A stretch of DNA of 64,000 nt from Squalus acanthias (GCA_030390025.1 CM059432.1:69318001-69382000), one strand, 5' to 3'; positions 11,781 to 24,477 are shown, counted from the first letter of the stretch. Translations and numbers: made by a program. Notes: generated by a model not told the origin, from the sequence alone.

Positions 11781-12979
11781 TCATTTAAAACTGACCAAAG
11801 ATAGAGGCCTAGAAATTGGATATGGCCTGAAAACGGGCGGTCGTGGCCCAGCGCTATTAACCTGCGTCGGGTGAAACTAGTCTAGGTAGCACGCAAAATT
11901 CGTGCTCAGTCCTCATTAACATGATTATAGTGCTGATCTCAGCGCTAAAACCGCTATTCATTGGCTTACCACTCAACAGGTGGGCCAATATTGGGTCTAG
12001 TCTAATTCCCAGTTGTGTTTGGCCTAGGCTTTATTCAGTACTTAAAGGGGAGGTGCACTGATGCAACAGCACCTCATTATCATTCCACTTTAAACGTCAC
12101 TTGCAAGCTGACGCTACTACAAAGAGATGGCTGAGCCTCAGCACAGGAAGAGAGCAAGAAGAATCTCAGACGTGGCTCTGGAGGCACTGGTGGTGGCCAT
12201 GGAGAGGAGGCGGGCTGTCCTCTTCCCACAAGCTGGCAGGAAGCCATTGGTCCATACATCCAGAAGGCTGTGGTGGCAGACAGCCGATTATGTGATGGCC
12301 ACCAGTGTGGTCCCCAGGTCCTCCATACAATGCCAGAAGAAGTTTAATGACCTCACACGGCACAGATCAAGGTGAGTGAAGGCTTCAGCAAATGACACAT
12401 CTCAACATCTGCACCACAAGCCTCACAAACTGCTCAATGCATCACAGCCCCAGCACTCACCTACCAACAGTCTCTACCTATCACCACTCAGACCTCATAA
12501 TCATAGCTTCACTTCACCCTCACAACCTTACCACTGCTGCAACACTCACACCCACATCTCACATCTCGCACACACTGACAGCTATTCAACTATGTAGGCA
12601 CATCACCCAAACACATTGCACCGCACTCACTCGCACACTTCATTTTCTCTTGCAGCCTAAGGTGGTACATAATCACCGGGAGCAGTGGCAGACAGGTGTG
12701 GGGGGGTGGTGGTGGGGGGGGGGGGGGGTGGCGTGTAGGGGTGGAGTGGGTAAGTTGCCATACAGGACCTGAGCCAACTGGAGGAGCGAGTGCTGGACAT
12801 CATTGGACGAGAAGTCATGGAGGCCGTGGCAACAGGCGAAGTTCAAGCACTTGGGGACAACAACGGTATGCTCATTTCGAATCCTTCTTCTCACATCCCA
12901 CTTCCCCCTCATCCCACAATCTCTGCTCACTTACAAGCTGCTGTATGCATGCATATCTTGCATCACCCCCCTCCACTCC

Positions 12980-14469
12980 TGTAATATACGTGGAGTAGGT
13001 TTTTAACTCTACTGTACTCTTTGTAAGTGGTACTTGATTAAAATTACTCTCATATGTGTCCTTACTCATGATAGAGCAGGCCGCTGCCGTGTCAATACAA
13101 ACATCAATATATTGCTCATTAATCAAAAGTTTTGTACAGAACTCTTTCTCACGACTGCTAGCATTGCCACTAGTGGCATAGATACTGTAGATGCCTAGTT
13201 CTTCCACATCAGGTGTGTTCACTTCAATATTGTGAACTCTTCCCTTTTGTTGTCGCTGCTTGGCATTGCCACTAGAATTGTTCTTACTTCCTGCTTTAGA
13301 TCTAGCTTTGCAAGCTGTTGAAATATGGCCTTGCTTCTAACAGTGAAAACACTTTGCATTTCTGTATTGGCAGAACTGTGGTGAGTAATTTCCATTGCAG
13401 TGATAACAATTCACTGAACTGCTCTCACCGACATGCATTTGACTTGGTCTCACAGCTTTAGGTTTGGCGGTGGCTTTGTGACTGTAGACCTCAGCTGCAC
13501 TAGTCACTTGAGTTGGACGGAGCTCCCTAGCATTCTTAGACACCATCTCCAGAGATAGGGCAATTTTACATGCTATGTCAAACGTTACGTTCGGAGTGTT
13601 GAGTAACTTGGATTGTGTGCGCTCTTCCACCAGTCCACACACAAACTTATATCGCAAAGCACGATCCAAAAATGTGCCGAAGTTACAATGCAAAGACAGG
13701 TTCTTAAGAGCTACAATGTACTCACTGATGGTTTAATTTTCTTTTTGGTTTCTGGTACCAAACTTATAGCTCTCTGCTATTTCTAACAGCTTTGGGTCGA
13801 AATGGTCCTCGATTTCTCAACAATGTCTTCAAACGACGCATCCTTCACTTTCCCTGGCACAAGTGGGTTTATCAATGTTCCGTAGACATCTGGCCCGATC
13901 TCTGTTAGAAAAATTGCTTTTTTCCATTAACGAATTACTTCATTTTAAGCTTGAACATTCTAATCTGCACCTTCGGTCTCAATGCTATTGGCCCTAAAAA
14001 ACATCTCCATCTGCTCATTGTAAGAACTGTATAGTTCGCGAGCTCGGTCATACATGCCGAGGCTTCCGATGACTCCCATAGGCATGGGATGATGGTCCCG
14101 ATCACGTCGAACAGTGGCTCAGTGCGCTATTTGTGTACATGTGAGAATCAACACCGCTGGTTCTGTGTATACATACATGCGAAGGCGAAGCACAAATGAT
14201 TCTGTACGAGCATTATCGGTAAAACATCGCAAAAATTCAGATTAGCTGTCACAAATTCACCTTAAACTGGTCCACTTGAAGGTTGAACACTGTGTCCTTC
14301 CATGATCCCTAAAAATGACTTTGGGATCCCATCCTCGTTGCCAAAATGTAATATACGTGGGTAGAACAAATGAAGGACAGATACGATGAGTTGCTAGTCC
14401 ATGAGCTTGTTTTATTAGGCCAGAACAAACTGAGCATGCTCATACCAAACCATGTGATAATACATTACA
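12980..14469 (-). mobile_element. Gypsy (Mag-like) LTR retrotransposon, internally deleted
   Basis: 5-bp TSD actcc (12975, 14470); 123-bp LTR 14347-14469 with TGTAAT..ATTACA ends; PBS; gag from ATG at 14085 with Cys/His knuckles; protease CIDTAAACSI; only 14 bp of the 3' LTR remain. Confidence 0.92.
14326..14343 (-). promoter_or_regulatory. Primer binding site, tRNA-Ser type
   Basis: TGGCAACGAGGATGGGAT begins 3 nt inside the LTR boundary; complementary (1 mismatch) to the tRNA-Ser(GCU) 3' end as recalled. Confidence 0.8.
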
Positions 14470-14665
14470 ACTCCCCTCACCATAACCCAACTCTTGTGCC
14501 TTTCTGCTTTCACATAATCAAGAACAAGCAGCAGCCCAGCCTGTCCCTGAGGCGATGGAGGAGAGCGAGGGGGGAGAAGAAGACACAGCATCACTACATT
14601 TGTCACTCACAGATACCAGCTCAGAAAATGGCACTGAACATAATTTAGAGGGTAGTGTAGATTGC

Positions 14666-15390
14666 ACAGGATTACATCGGATCTACGGCACAGAAACAGG
14701 CCATTCGGCCCAACCAGTCCATGCTGGCATTTATGCTCCACTTGAGCCTCCTCCCGTCTTTCCTAAATCTATCAGCATAACCCCCTATTCCCTTCTCCCT
14801 CATATGCTTATCTAGCCTCCCCTTAAATGCATCTATACTATTCACTTCAACCACTCCCTGTGGTAGCGAGTTCCACATTCTCACCACTCTCTGGGTAAAG
14901 AAGTTTCTTCTGAATTCCTTATTTGATTTCTCGGTGACTATCTTATATTGATGGCCTCTAGTTTTGCTCTTCCACAAAAGTGAAAACACTCTCTCAGTGT
15001 CGACTGTATCAAAACCTTTCATAATTTTAAAGACCTCAATTAGGTCACCTCTCAGCCTTCCTTTTCAAGAGAAAGAGACCCAGCCTGTTCATCTTTTTCT
15101 GATAAGTATAACCTGCAATTCTGGTATCATCCTTGTAAATCTTTTTTGCACCCTCTTCAGTGCCTCTATATTCTTTTTATAATATGGCAACCAGAATTCT
15201 ACACAATACTCCAAGTGTGGTCTAACCAAGGTTCGATACAAGTTTTTAGCATAACTTCCCTACTTTTCAATTCTATCCCTCTAGAAATAAACCCGAGTGC
15301 TTGGTTGGCTTTTTTATGGCCTTATTAACCTGTGTCACCCTCATATGCTTATCTCGCCTCCCATTAAATGCATTTATACTATTTGCTTCA
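14666..15390 (-). mobile_element. CR1 3' fragment inserted in Harbinger Myb exon 3
   Basis: MKGFDTVDTERVFSL..TRGHQYKI..FFTQRVVRMWNSLP; possible TSD gat(c)tgcacagg. Confidence 0.9.
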
Positions 15391-16541
15391 AGCGGATCTG
15401 CACAGGGTGAGGCACCGGGCACGAGTGGGCTGCAGCAAGGCCAGGGGGAAAGGGTAGCTCAGGGGCCAGCTCTCCGGAGGGCGAGTTTGTGCGTGAGTTC
15501 TGCTGCACACGACTGAGATGAGGACCTCGATGGGGCAGCCTTCAGAAGAAGGGTGTTGAGAATGCACACCGAATTACTAGGTGCAATGGAAAGCCTGCCA
15601 GATAGCTTCTTGGCAATGTCAAGGAGCATGGAGGAGTCCGCCTCCAACATTGGCCGGGGCTTTGTGCAGAGCTTGGAGCCCATGATTTCCAGGCTGGAAG
15701 TCTCCAGGAGAGCCTGTGTCGACCCAGACATGATGCTGCCTATGATGGGCGATGTCGTGGCTGCCATTACAGCACAGGCGGAAGTGAACCAACGTCTTAG
15801 TGCTGCAGCGGAAGCGCAGACTGCTGTCCTGTAGTCTCAGCTTGCTGCCACCCAAGCTCAGACTGCTGCCATTGTGGCTGGGTTTACCACTGTCAACCGG
15901 GACTTGCAGGGTGTCGCAGCAGGCCAGCAATCTGTGCTCCAACAGATTGCTAGGAATGCTGAGGCGCTACCCCGGGGGAGTGGCAGTGGGTCAGTGGATG
16001 ACAGCATTCCTACTCCCACCACTGCCTCTCTGCCATTGCCCTTGCCACTGCCTGTCAGCCAGCCAGCCCAAACTGCTGCCGCCCATGCCGAGATGGTGCA
16101 GTCTACAGCTGAGCCTTCTAGGTCCAGAGCTGCTTGAGGTCGTCTTTCGAGGCCATCTGAAGTCCTCCCACGGAAACTCAGCAGCCTTCCACCAGCCATG
16201 CTGCAGCCACTAGGGGAGCACTTCGTAGGAGCACTAGATCAGGAAAGGGCACCCGAACAACAGACACTAAGGCCGCGATTTTCCGAGTGGAGGTGGGTTG
16301 GAGATGGCTTTGATGTTCGGCGGGTTCCGGTCCCGCTGCCAGTTTAATCCGCCCTGAAATTACGATTTTTGCTTAAGTGGGCTGATTAAGCCCGTCCTGC
16401 GTGCTACCCGGCCCAATCAGTGGGTTCGGGTCTGCTGCTCGCCTCTGCTGACGTCTTTCAGCCAGCTGCTTTTAAGGGGCCCATGCAGCCTTGTTTTTGA
16501 TCAATCCTATTCTGCTGCTTCTCGGTGTGGCACATCTGAAA

Positions 16542-18425
16542 ATGACTGCTTCAAGACCAAAGGCATCTCCCAGATTTAATGATGACTCCCTCCATGCTCT
16601 TGTGGAGGGAGTGAGAGGATGCAAAGAGGTACCGTTCCCCTCAAATGGATGGAGGAAGCCTCCTCAACAAACCAAAGCAGCCTGGCTGCAAATTGCTGAA
16701 GAGGTGAGCACCAGGTCTTTGTGTGGTTGCATCTGGGTTCAGTGCAGGAAAGGTTCAAGGACCTGCTACGCACAGTAAAAGTGAGTATAACATCACACTT
16801 ACCTTCAATCTGCTCTCCATCTCCTCTCATCACCAGCACTCTGCATTGTCAACCTACTCCTGCACATCCCACTTTACCCTTACATCCCTTGCACCCTTAA
16901 CCATCCCTCTCTCTCTATGTACAGAATCACTTCACTATTCTACTATGCACCCCTCACACTCGCTATTACTGTTATGCGATGACAACAACTAACAACGCAC
17001 AGGGAGGGCCCTTGGTATTGGCATATCACTCCATTTTTGTCTCCCTCTAAGCATCTATGCTATGGATTCTCTACACTCATTCCAACATTCTCACTCCAAC
17101 TCCACTTGTGTCCCTCATTGCAGCAAAAGAGATCCCACAATAAGAGGGAGAGGGGCAGGACAGGAGGAGGGCCACCTTCCATTGCTCAGCTGGCCACCGC
17201 TGAGGAGGCTGCTCTAGACATCGTAGCAGATGCTGAGGATCTGGAAGTGGGGGACAGTCAGACGGGCGCAGTAGAGCAAGTTGGTGACAGAATAGATTTG
17301 CAGCCCTCTCATTTAGATTGCATGAGTGAATGATATGGCATCTGATGTTCATACAGATTGTCTGCTACGTTAATATCACATGTCTAACTCATGCCTTTAC
17401 TCCCCACAGGACCATCGAGAGCCCCCCTCCCCACTGTCCAGGAGGAAGAGCCGGAAGGCTCCTCAGAGGAAGCTGCAACCTCTGAGGGCGCAGTGTCAGT
17501 AGAATTGAGTGCACCCAGCACCAGCGCAGAGACACACACCTCGGTGGGTCATTCGCGAGATAGAGTAGTGTTGTCACCTGGTGTATCACAGCTCACAAGT
17601 GAGCATCAGCAGATGGTGGAGACAAAGACAGCAGTGGAGAGTCCTCATCGGAGGTCACAGGGCGCTCCTAGCTCTGCTCAGCTGCATGTGGACGCTGTGC
17701 CTCTGGGGCCATCCAGAAAGAGAGCGGTGCTGGAACTTCAGGAACAAGTGCAGGAGTCTCTGACTGGGTTTGCATCCAGGGTAACTGTGAGTGTGGAGAG
17801 AATGGAGGAGTCCATCTCAAACATAAGCAATGCCATGGTGGAGGCAATGGCGCATGAACGTGCCACCATGGAGAGGGTGGCAACATCCTTGGAGGACATA
17901 AGTCACCAGACTGAACAGAGCATGGTGACTCTTCTAAATAGATGGTCTACTATGGAGGATAGATGGGCATCTATTGAGGAGAGACACGAGAGGTACATGG
18001 ATGTCCCCGTTATGAGGACTGTCAGTGCTGAGATGGGTCCTTGTGGCAGCACTGAAGTGCAGCAGGTTGCTCTCCAGCTACTTGCTAGCAGTGAAGTGTG
18101 GGCAACCCATGAGGGGGATGTTGGTGGCAGTCAACAAGGAAGTGTGGGCTCCTCTCCAAGCACTTACACTCCCATGCCACTGCGGAGCCCTTGGTCAGAG
18201 CCCCAGATTCCTCACCCAACTGAGATGGCCGTCTCAGCCCCTGCACAGCCGCAGGAAGAGCAGACTGTTGCTGAGCCCTCCCAGGCTCCCAAACCCAGAG
18301 GACGCCCGCCAAAGGTGTCGAAGCATGAACAGCATGAAAGTGAGCAAGGTGCCTCCACATCTGCTGAAGCCACAGGGGAAGAACCACGTAAAAGCACGCG
18401 TAAGAGAAAGCTAACACACAAATAG
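16542..18425 (+). pseudogene. Harbinger Myb/SANT DNA-binding protein, 3 exons (16542-16780, 17124-17283, 17410-18425); one frameshift
   Basis: MTASRPKASPRFNDDSLHALVEGV..WLQIAEEV..WVQCRK; canonical GT/AG sites in phase; exon 2 KRSHNKRERGRTGGGPP; open exon 3 with coiled-coil-like region and basic C-terminus; 1-nt deletion at ~16750; AATAAA at 18495. Confidence 0.88.
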
Positions 18426-18688
18426 TCACAAGGGTAGTCACTTGGGTGTTTTGATGTAATACAAATTTAAGATTATCATCGTCATTTCAATTGTAATAAA
18501 GAAATGCAATGGCAAACATTCAAAGAGTTGGCCTATGTGTGCCCAGAAATGGAAGTGTCACAGTGAGGGGTCAGGGCGCCTTTCATCTGTAATGATGGTG
18601 GTGAGAGTGATAGGAACCCACAGTTTATTGTACAGATGGTGTATGGTGTGTTAAGAAGGTGGCAGCCACATGTATTTGCTTCTTAAAC

Positions 18689-19916
18689 TTAAGCGAATCT
18701 GGCATGGATTAGTGCATCCCTTGCATCACGGCCAGCAATGTGCTCGCGTTCTCGTGGAACTAGCACATCCGCCTCCGCAAAATTATTCCTCCTCCTTCTC
18801 CTCCTCCTCCGAGGAGGAGGAGGCTGTGCGCTGAGCCACTTGTTCCTCAGGCTGCGGTAAGCCATGCTGCTGTGCGATGTTGTGCAGTGCACAGCAGACC
18901 ACGATGATTCTGGAGACCCTGGCTGGTGAGTACTCTAGGGCTCCGCCTGATCTGTCGATGCACCTGAATCGCATTTTGAGCAAGCCGATGGTTTGCTCGA
19001 TGATGGCTCTGGTGGAAATGTGGCTGGCATTGTAGCGCTCCTCAGCTTCGTTAGCTGGCCTCCTGATCGGCGTCATTAGCCATGTCTTCAGGGGATAGCC
19101 CTTGTCTCCAAGTAGCCATCCGGAAAGTTGGGTTGGCAGATTGAAGAGCTGAGGCACAGTAGACTGCCGCAGGATGAAAGAGTCATGATAACTGCCAGGG
19201 AACTTGGCGCAAACATGCATAATGTTCTTCCTGTGGTTACACATCAGCTGGACGTTAAGGGAGTGGAAGCCCTTGCGGTTCACAATTGCAGCTGGGTTGT
19301 GATGGGGTGCCCTAATGGCCACATGTGTGCAGTCTACGACGCCTTGCACCCTTGGCAAGCCTGCCATATTTGCAAAGCCAACCGCATGCGCAGTTACACT
19401 TGCTTCATCTGTGGAGAAGTGGATGTAATTGTGCGCCTTTGCAAAGAGGGCATCGGTAACCTGCGTGATGCAAGTGTGTGCGGCCGACTGGGAGATGCCG
19501 CTGATGTCTGCTGATGATCCCTGGAAGGACCCTGAAGCAAAAATATTGAGGGCGGTGGTGACTTTGACAGCCACTGGTTAGGAGTGTCCACCTGCTCCTC
19601 TGGGCTCCAGGTGTTGGTGCAGCATTGCGCAGATGTCAGCGACTACCTCTCGCGAAAGTCTCAGCCTCCTTTGGCACTGCTGCTCAGTCATGTTGAGGAA
19701 GCTCATCCTCGGCCTGCAAACCCTGTGTTGGGGGTATCTCCTGCGGCGACGTGCAGCCCTGCGCTGACGCCCTCTGCCCTGTACAGCATCAGGTGGGTGA
19801 GGAAAAGGTTGGCGCTCCTGTTGTTGCTGCTGCTGTTGTGCCTGGTTCTGCTGCTGCCGCGGCTGCTCTTCCTCCGATTCTGAGGACCAGGATGAGAGGA
19901 TATAAATGGTTCCCAT
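18689..19916 (-). pseudogene. Harbinger DDE transposase (HARBI1-like family); one stop and one frameshift
   Basis: Motifs [46 protein letters not shown]; in-frame TAA at 19578-19580; frameshift in acidic repeat at ~18790 before ..ARDALIHARFA*; minus-strand AATAAA at 18624-18629. Confidence 0.95.
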
Positions 19917-20665
19917 TCCACTGGTATATATGTCAGTTGAGGAATAGATGTTATAAGCGCTCAGGCAATGTGGGGAGAGGGTTTTCCAAGGAGGTCACAG
20001 TGAATATGTATCTCAGCTTAACCACTTACAAGCTCAATAGACCTGCAAAAAGTGTTCCAACACCTCAAAAAACAAATTTCTGTCATCTGAAAGTCAGCCA
20101 TGTTACAGGTCCGCTTTTATGCTGCAGGTGCAGCTGTCAAAAATTCGCGAAGTTGCTGAACCCGGCACAATCAGCTGGCGTGTTTTGCGAATGGCGTGGA
20201 ACATGCTGAAAATGTCCTAAAATGGGAAGAGCCTGGTAAAATGGGATTATGTAGGCAGTTAACAAGCTGCTAACTGCCTTAAGTGCCTCTCCCGCCGCTT
20301 GGTGGCAGGTCTGATCGGGACTCCCAGAGCCAACACTTGGCAAAGTTGCGTGGAGGCGGGTTGACGGCGGGTTCGGAACCTGCTGTCAATCAAAACTATT
20401 TTAACCTCTGACCCGCCTCCAAACCCGCCCTCTGAGCGCTGGCAAAATCGCGGCCTAAGGGATTGCACAAGGGTGATTAGTTGATATAATATGTGTGAAT
20501 TGATTGTTGATAAATTTAATAATTTTTTTGGAATCTTTGTTTTGTGTAAGCTCTCATTTCAGTTTTGTGCCCAGGAGGATGCTGTGATATTCTGTGTCGG
20601 AGGGATGGTAAGGTGGGGATGAGGTTGATGAGGATGTGGTGAGCAACGGGGATCTGGGGTTTCAT

Positions 20666-21822
20666 TCACTGGAATCGGAGTCCGATGAGGCATTCCCAGA
20701 GAGCTCATGCTGAAGGGGGATTTTCTGCCTGCCTCCTCCCTTCCTCCTCATCCTCCTTGTACTCCTCCTCTTCCTCTTACTCTTCCTCCTCCTCCTCTCC
20801 TTCGTCCTCTTCCTGAGGTGGTCCCGTAATCTCTGCTGGCAAGGGCTGCACCCTCATGATGGCCAAGTTGTGAAGCATGCAGCACACCCGCTCCACTGAG
20901 TACTGGAGCGTTCCTCCCGAGTGGTTGAGGCAGCAGGACTATTGTTTCAGCAGCCCGATGGTCTGCTCGATAATGTTCTTGGTGGCAACATGGTTCTCAT
21001 TATATGAGTACTTGGCACAAGTGGTGGGTTTGAGGAGGGGAGTCATCAGCCAGGTGCAGAGCGGATCGCCCCTGTCTCTGAGCAGCCACTCTTGGGTTTG
21101 ATGTGGTGGCTGGCAGATTGCTGGCACACCGGACTGCGGCAGGATGAAAGCATCATGACCGCTGCTTGGATAGCGGGCATTGACCATCAGGAAGCACTGG
21201 ACGTGGTCGCACAACAACTGCACATTAAGTGAGTGGTAGCCTTTGCGGTTACGGAAGATCTCAGGATTGTTATGCAGTGCCCGCAAAGCCACATGGGTGT
21301 AGTCGATGGCGCCCTGCACCATGGGGAAGCCTGCTATCCTGGCAAAGCCACATGCGCACTCCTGCTGAGAAAGAAGAAAACCTAGTCCCTTCTCCTAGTG
21401 TGGAGAGCCGCTGTGACCTCCTGGATGCAGCGATGGATGGCGAACTGGGAGATGTTAGTTATGACTCTTGCTGCAGACTGGAAGGATCCGCTGGCGAAGA
21501 AATTGAGGGCCATGGTGACCTTGAGGGCTACTGGGAGAGCCGTGGTCACCCTGCTCTCAGGTTGCAGGTCTGGTTGCAGGAGCTGGCAGAGTTCTGTGGC
21601 CACCTCCTTGCTGAAGCAGAGCCTCCTAATACACTGCTCCTCGCTTAAGTGAATATAAGAGAAGTGCCCTCAGAAGACCCTAGGTGGGTAAGGCTTCCTG
21701 GTGAGAGCCCTCCTGGCCCGCCTCCTCCTCCCTCTGCACGCATCTTCTCCTCTTCTTCACTGCCTCCGCTCCCTCTCCCTAAGATACTTGAGCGTAAGGG
21801 GGACTGCCAATAGAGCCCCCAT
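20666..21822 (-). pseudogene. Outer Harbinger DDE transposase, degraded
   Basis: [59 protein letters not shown]; several frameshifts. Confidence 0.92.
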
Positions 21823-22329
21823 GACTGTAAGCAAGTGTTGTGAGCAGAAGCCTTTAAATAAGAATGAAGGCGTTCTCTTGCCCCAACACTCCCTGTTACC
21901 TTAGAACCTTGAAAGAAGTTAATAAAGCTACTGGAGTTGCAGAAAGCTCCACAGAGCCATTCAAGCTATAAAAACATGTCAGTTGCAAGTAGTTGCTGAT
22001 GATCCCTTTAAATACCGCTGCTGGAGCCTCCTTCCTGCTTGTCAATGTTGCTCAGCTGGTCGCACTTAAGGCATGCTGGTAAGTGGAGCGGTGAAGTTGA
22101 AAATGGCAGATCGGGCATCAAGTGAGCATTGCACACTCACTGACGTCATGATCTTCACTATCTACATAATTCTCGCGAGTGCGGACATTGGCTGGGCTGC
22201 CGCCCAGCTGAAAATGGTGGCCGCTGCGGGACCCCCCCCAGCAGCAGATGGAAATGCGGCGGCCGCTATTTTTTTCCCTGAATCGGGCGGTGACGGCTGG
22301 CACTAAACCCCCGAATTTTTAGCCCTCAC

Positions 22330-22790
22330 TCTAATAGTTTTTGGGAGTTTGTTGAAGGCAGAAAGATTTAGGGAGAGAGTTCCACAGTATAAGGCCAAGA
22401 CAGCTGAAAACTCTGCCACCAAAGGTGGAGGGGAGTGAGGGAAGAATGCATAGGAGGCCAAAGTTGCAACAGGGGATGGGGCAGGTTGGAAAGGTGGAGT
22501 AGGGCAAAGCCATGGATGAGCTTGTAAGTGATTTGATTTGTGAATTGAATATGTTGGGGCTTGGAAGCCAATGGAAGTCAGAAAGAATAGGGGTGGTAGC
22601 TGAGCAAGACTTAATCTGGGATGGGATACAGGCACTGGCGTTTTGGAAAGTTGGAGTTTTGTAGGGTGATGTTCATAAGGCCAGTGGGGAGAGCATTGAA
22701 GTGGTCGAGCCTTCAGATGATAAAGGCATGGTTAAATGTCAATGAAGGTGAGGTAAGTTGGGTGATGTTGCACAAGTAGAAATAGGCAAC
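22330..22790 (-). mobile_element. Old L2 3' fragment
   Basis: PSTFGGRVFSCLGLILWNSLP. Confidence 0.75.
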
Positions 22791-23214
22791 AATTGAGCGC
22801 AATTATTTGATTTCTATTTTGTCTCACTTTTGCAGCAACCAAGTACTGGGCTAATGGTTTCAAAGATGTATCCACAATAGATGTCTGTCCTGATCAACAC
22901 ACTGTATGATAATTCTATTTAACACATAATGACATGATTACAGAGCTAAAATCAAAAACTAGTTGGGAACTGGCATGTACTTGTACTTTTAACCAGTTGC
23001 TGTTTTTGTATCATTATTTAAAGTATCTTGAACAACCCAGGTTGTTTAAACCAGTGATGGATCTGTTTAATATCACCTACAGTGCTGCTAGGTATCAATG
23101 TCACCGTGTGAGATTGCTTAGAGCAAGAAAAGTGGCTACATAAATGAATTTTTTTTACATAGCACAATAAAACTTCAGACATGGTGCTATCTCTTGGTGC
23201 TGACAGTGATTGGG

Positions 23215-23380
23215 ACAATTACATCTGGCTGAAATTTTTTCCTCCCTAGTCTTGGTCACTAAGACCCAACTGCTGCTTTGGTTGAGATCAGTCAAATCAC
23301 TGCAGACAAGGATCAAATGTGGGACCTTCCTGGTCTTTCTGATTCAATGATACATTGGGCCACTAAGCCATTAGGAGATA
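23215..23380 (-). mobile_element. AmnSINE2-like SINE 5' fragment
   Basis: Reverse complement: gaccaggaaggtcccaca..gactgatctcaacc..ctagggaggaaaaaaatttcagccag. Confidence 0.55.
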
Positions 23381-24335
23381 ATTTGCTCTTCTACCTGAAT
23401 GTGAACATCACTATCTGATTAGGACTGGAAAGGAAAGTAGTCCCTAAAACAAAATGCATTTTTATTAAGCACTGTGAGATAGATGATCTATCAGGGCTAA
23501 ATACAGCAATTTTCACCTTGTAAGATACAAATTTCTCTTTGAAATTGATTCTTGGTGATGGTGGCTATGACATAGTTTCTATTTTTTTACTACATTGTAT
23601 TTGCTGACCTTGGGCTTTGGCCATTTGGTTATAATTATGTTTTATTTTATTGCTGGACATCTGACACTGAACATGTCTAATTATAAAAGAATGGGGTAAT
23701 ACAAACTTATCTAATTGAGGAAGATTCAGATGTTTGATAGCAAATGCCCTCTCCGAAACTAGGAAAAACACACACATTATGACGCTATAACTTGGGTACA
23801 GTTTACATGAAGTAGAATCTTCTCCTCAGACATGTGACACACTAAAGGCAGAATAAATTGTAGAACCTGTGTGACTCCAGGTCAGTAATTGCACCCCTCC
23901 AATGAGCAAGTTGCTTCTTTCATTAGCTGAGATCAATGTGTTCCAAAGGAACTGATTCTGAAATGTATTGGGCAGGAACATATTTGTGCATTTATTTTAG
24001 CGTTAACACTAAGGAGAAACTGTAGTGCCAGATTATTAAAAGATCTATTTTATTCGGCAGCACAATAACTGTTTATTTAATTTAAAATTTATAACTTGTT
24101 TTATTGTGCTTTGTACTGACATATTTTTCTTTAATTGTAGAAATTGACACAGAGGTCATTTGGACTTTTGCTTCATCGGGGTCAGGCTAATTTTTTATTA
24201 TTGTAGATTTGTATAAAATTCAACAATTCAAGTATAGTACAACATTCCAACACAGCAGCATAAACCACACTAGTAATGTCCTTATTTCTAAGTCTAGCCT
24301 GGGATATTAGTCTATCATGCAGTATTAACAACAAT

Positions 24336-24477
24336 GGGGTGAATTTTCATCTTCACCCGATGGGTGGTAATCTGGCGGAGCCAATCGCCCACCCATAATA
24401 GAACCCGCCCAATTTTCATTCCATTGCGATCCGTTTCGCCAGATTGCTGCCCATGCAGTGAAGACAAAAATTTACCC
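24336..24477. mobile_element. Palindromic MITE
   Basis: ggggtgaattttcatcttcac / gtgaagacaaaaatttaccc. Confidence 0.7.

Larger units (their letters stand above)
16271..20455. mobile_element. Near-intact autonomous Harbinger transposon (4185 bp)
   Basis: Perfect 12-bp TIR GGCCGCGATTTT; TAA TSD at 16268-16270 and 20456-20458; convergent Myb and transposase genes. Confidence 0.96.
12127..20480 (+). pseudogene. Outer Harbinger Myb/SANT gene: exon 1 12127-12371, exon 2 12656-12865, exon 3 ~14514-14665/15391-16270/20459-20480
   Basis: MAEPQHRKRARRISDVALEALV..WWQTAD..QCQKKFNDL; donors gtgagt (12372) and gtatg (12866), acceptor ttgcag (12655); exon 3 homologous to 40200-40669; several stops and frameshifts. 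Confidence 0.82.
11806..22325. mobile_element. Outer autonomous-type Harbinger transposon (~4.1 kb net) with three nested insertions
   Basis: TIRs ggcctagaaattgg / ccgaatttttagccc; plus-strand Myb gene and convergent minus-strand DDE transposase; TSD not clear. Confidence 0.8.

Noticed and set aside
17391..19916. Host genes HARBI1/NAIF1/MSANTD
   Set aside because: The ORFs lie between TIRs with a TSD, carry lesions and have several paralogous fragments in the window, so they are transposon genes.
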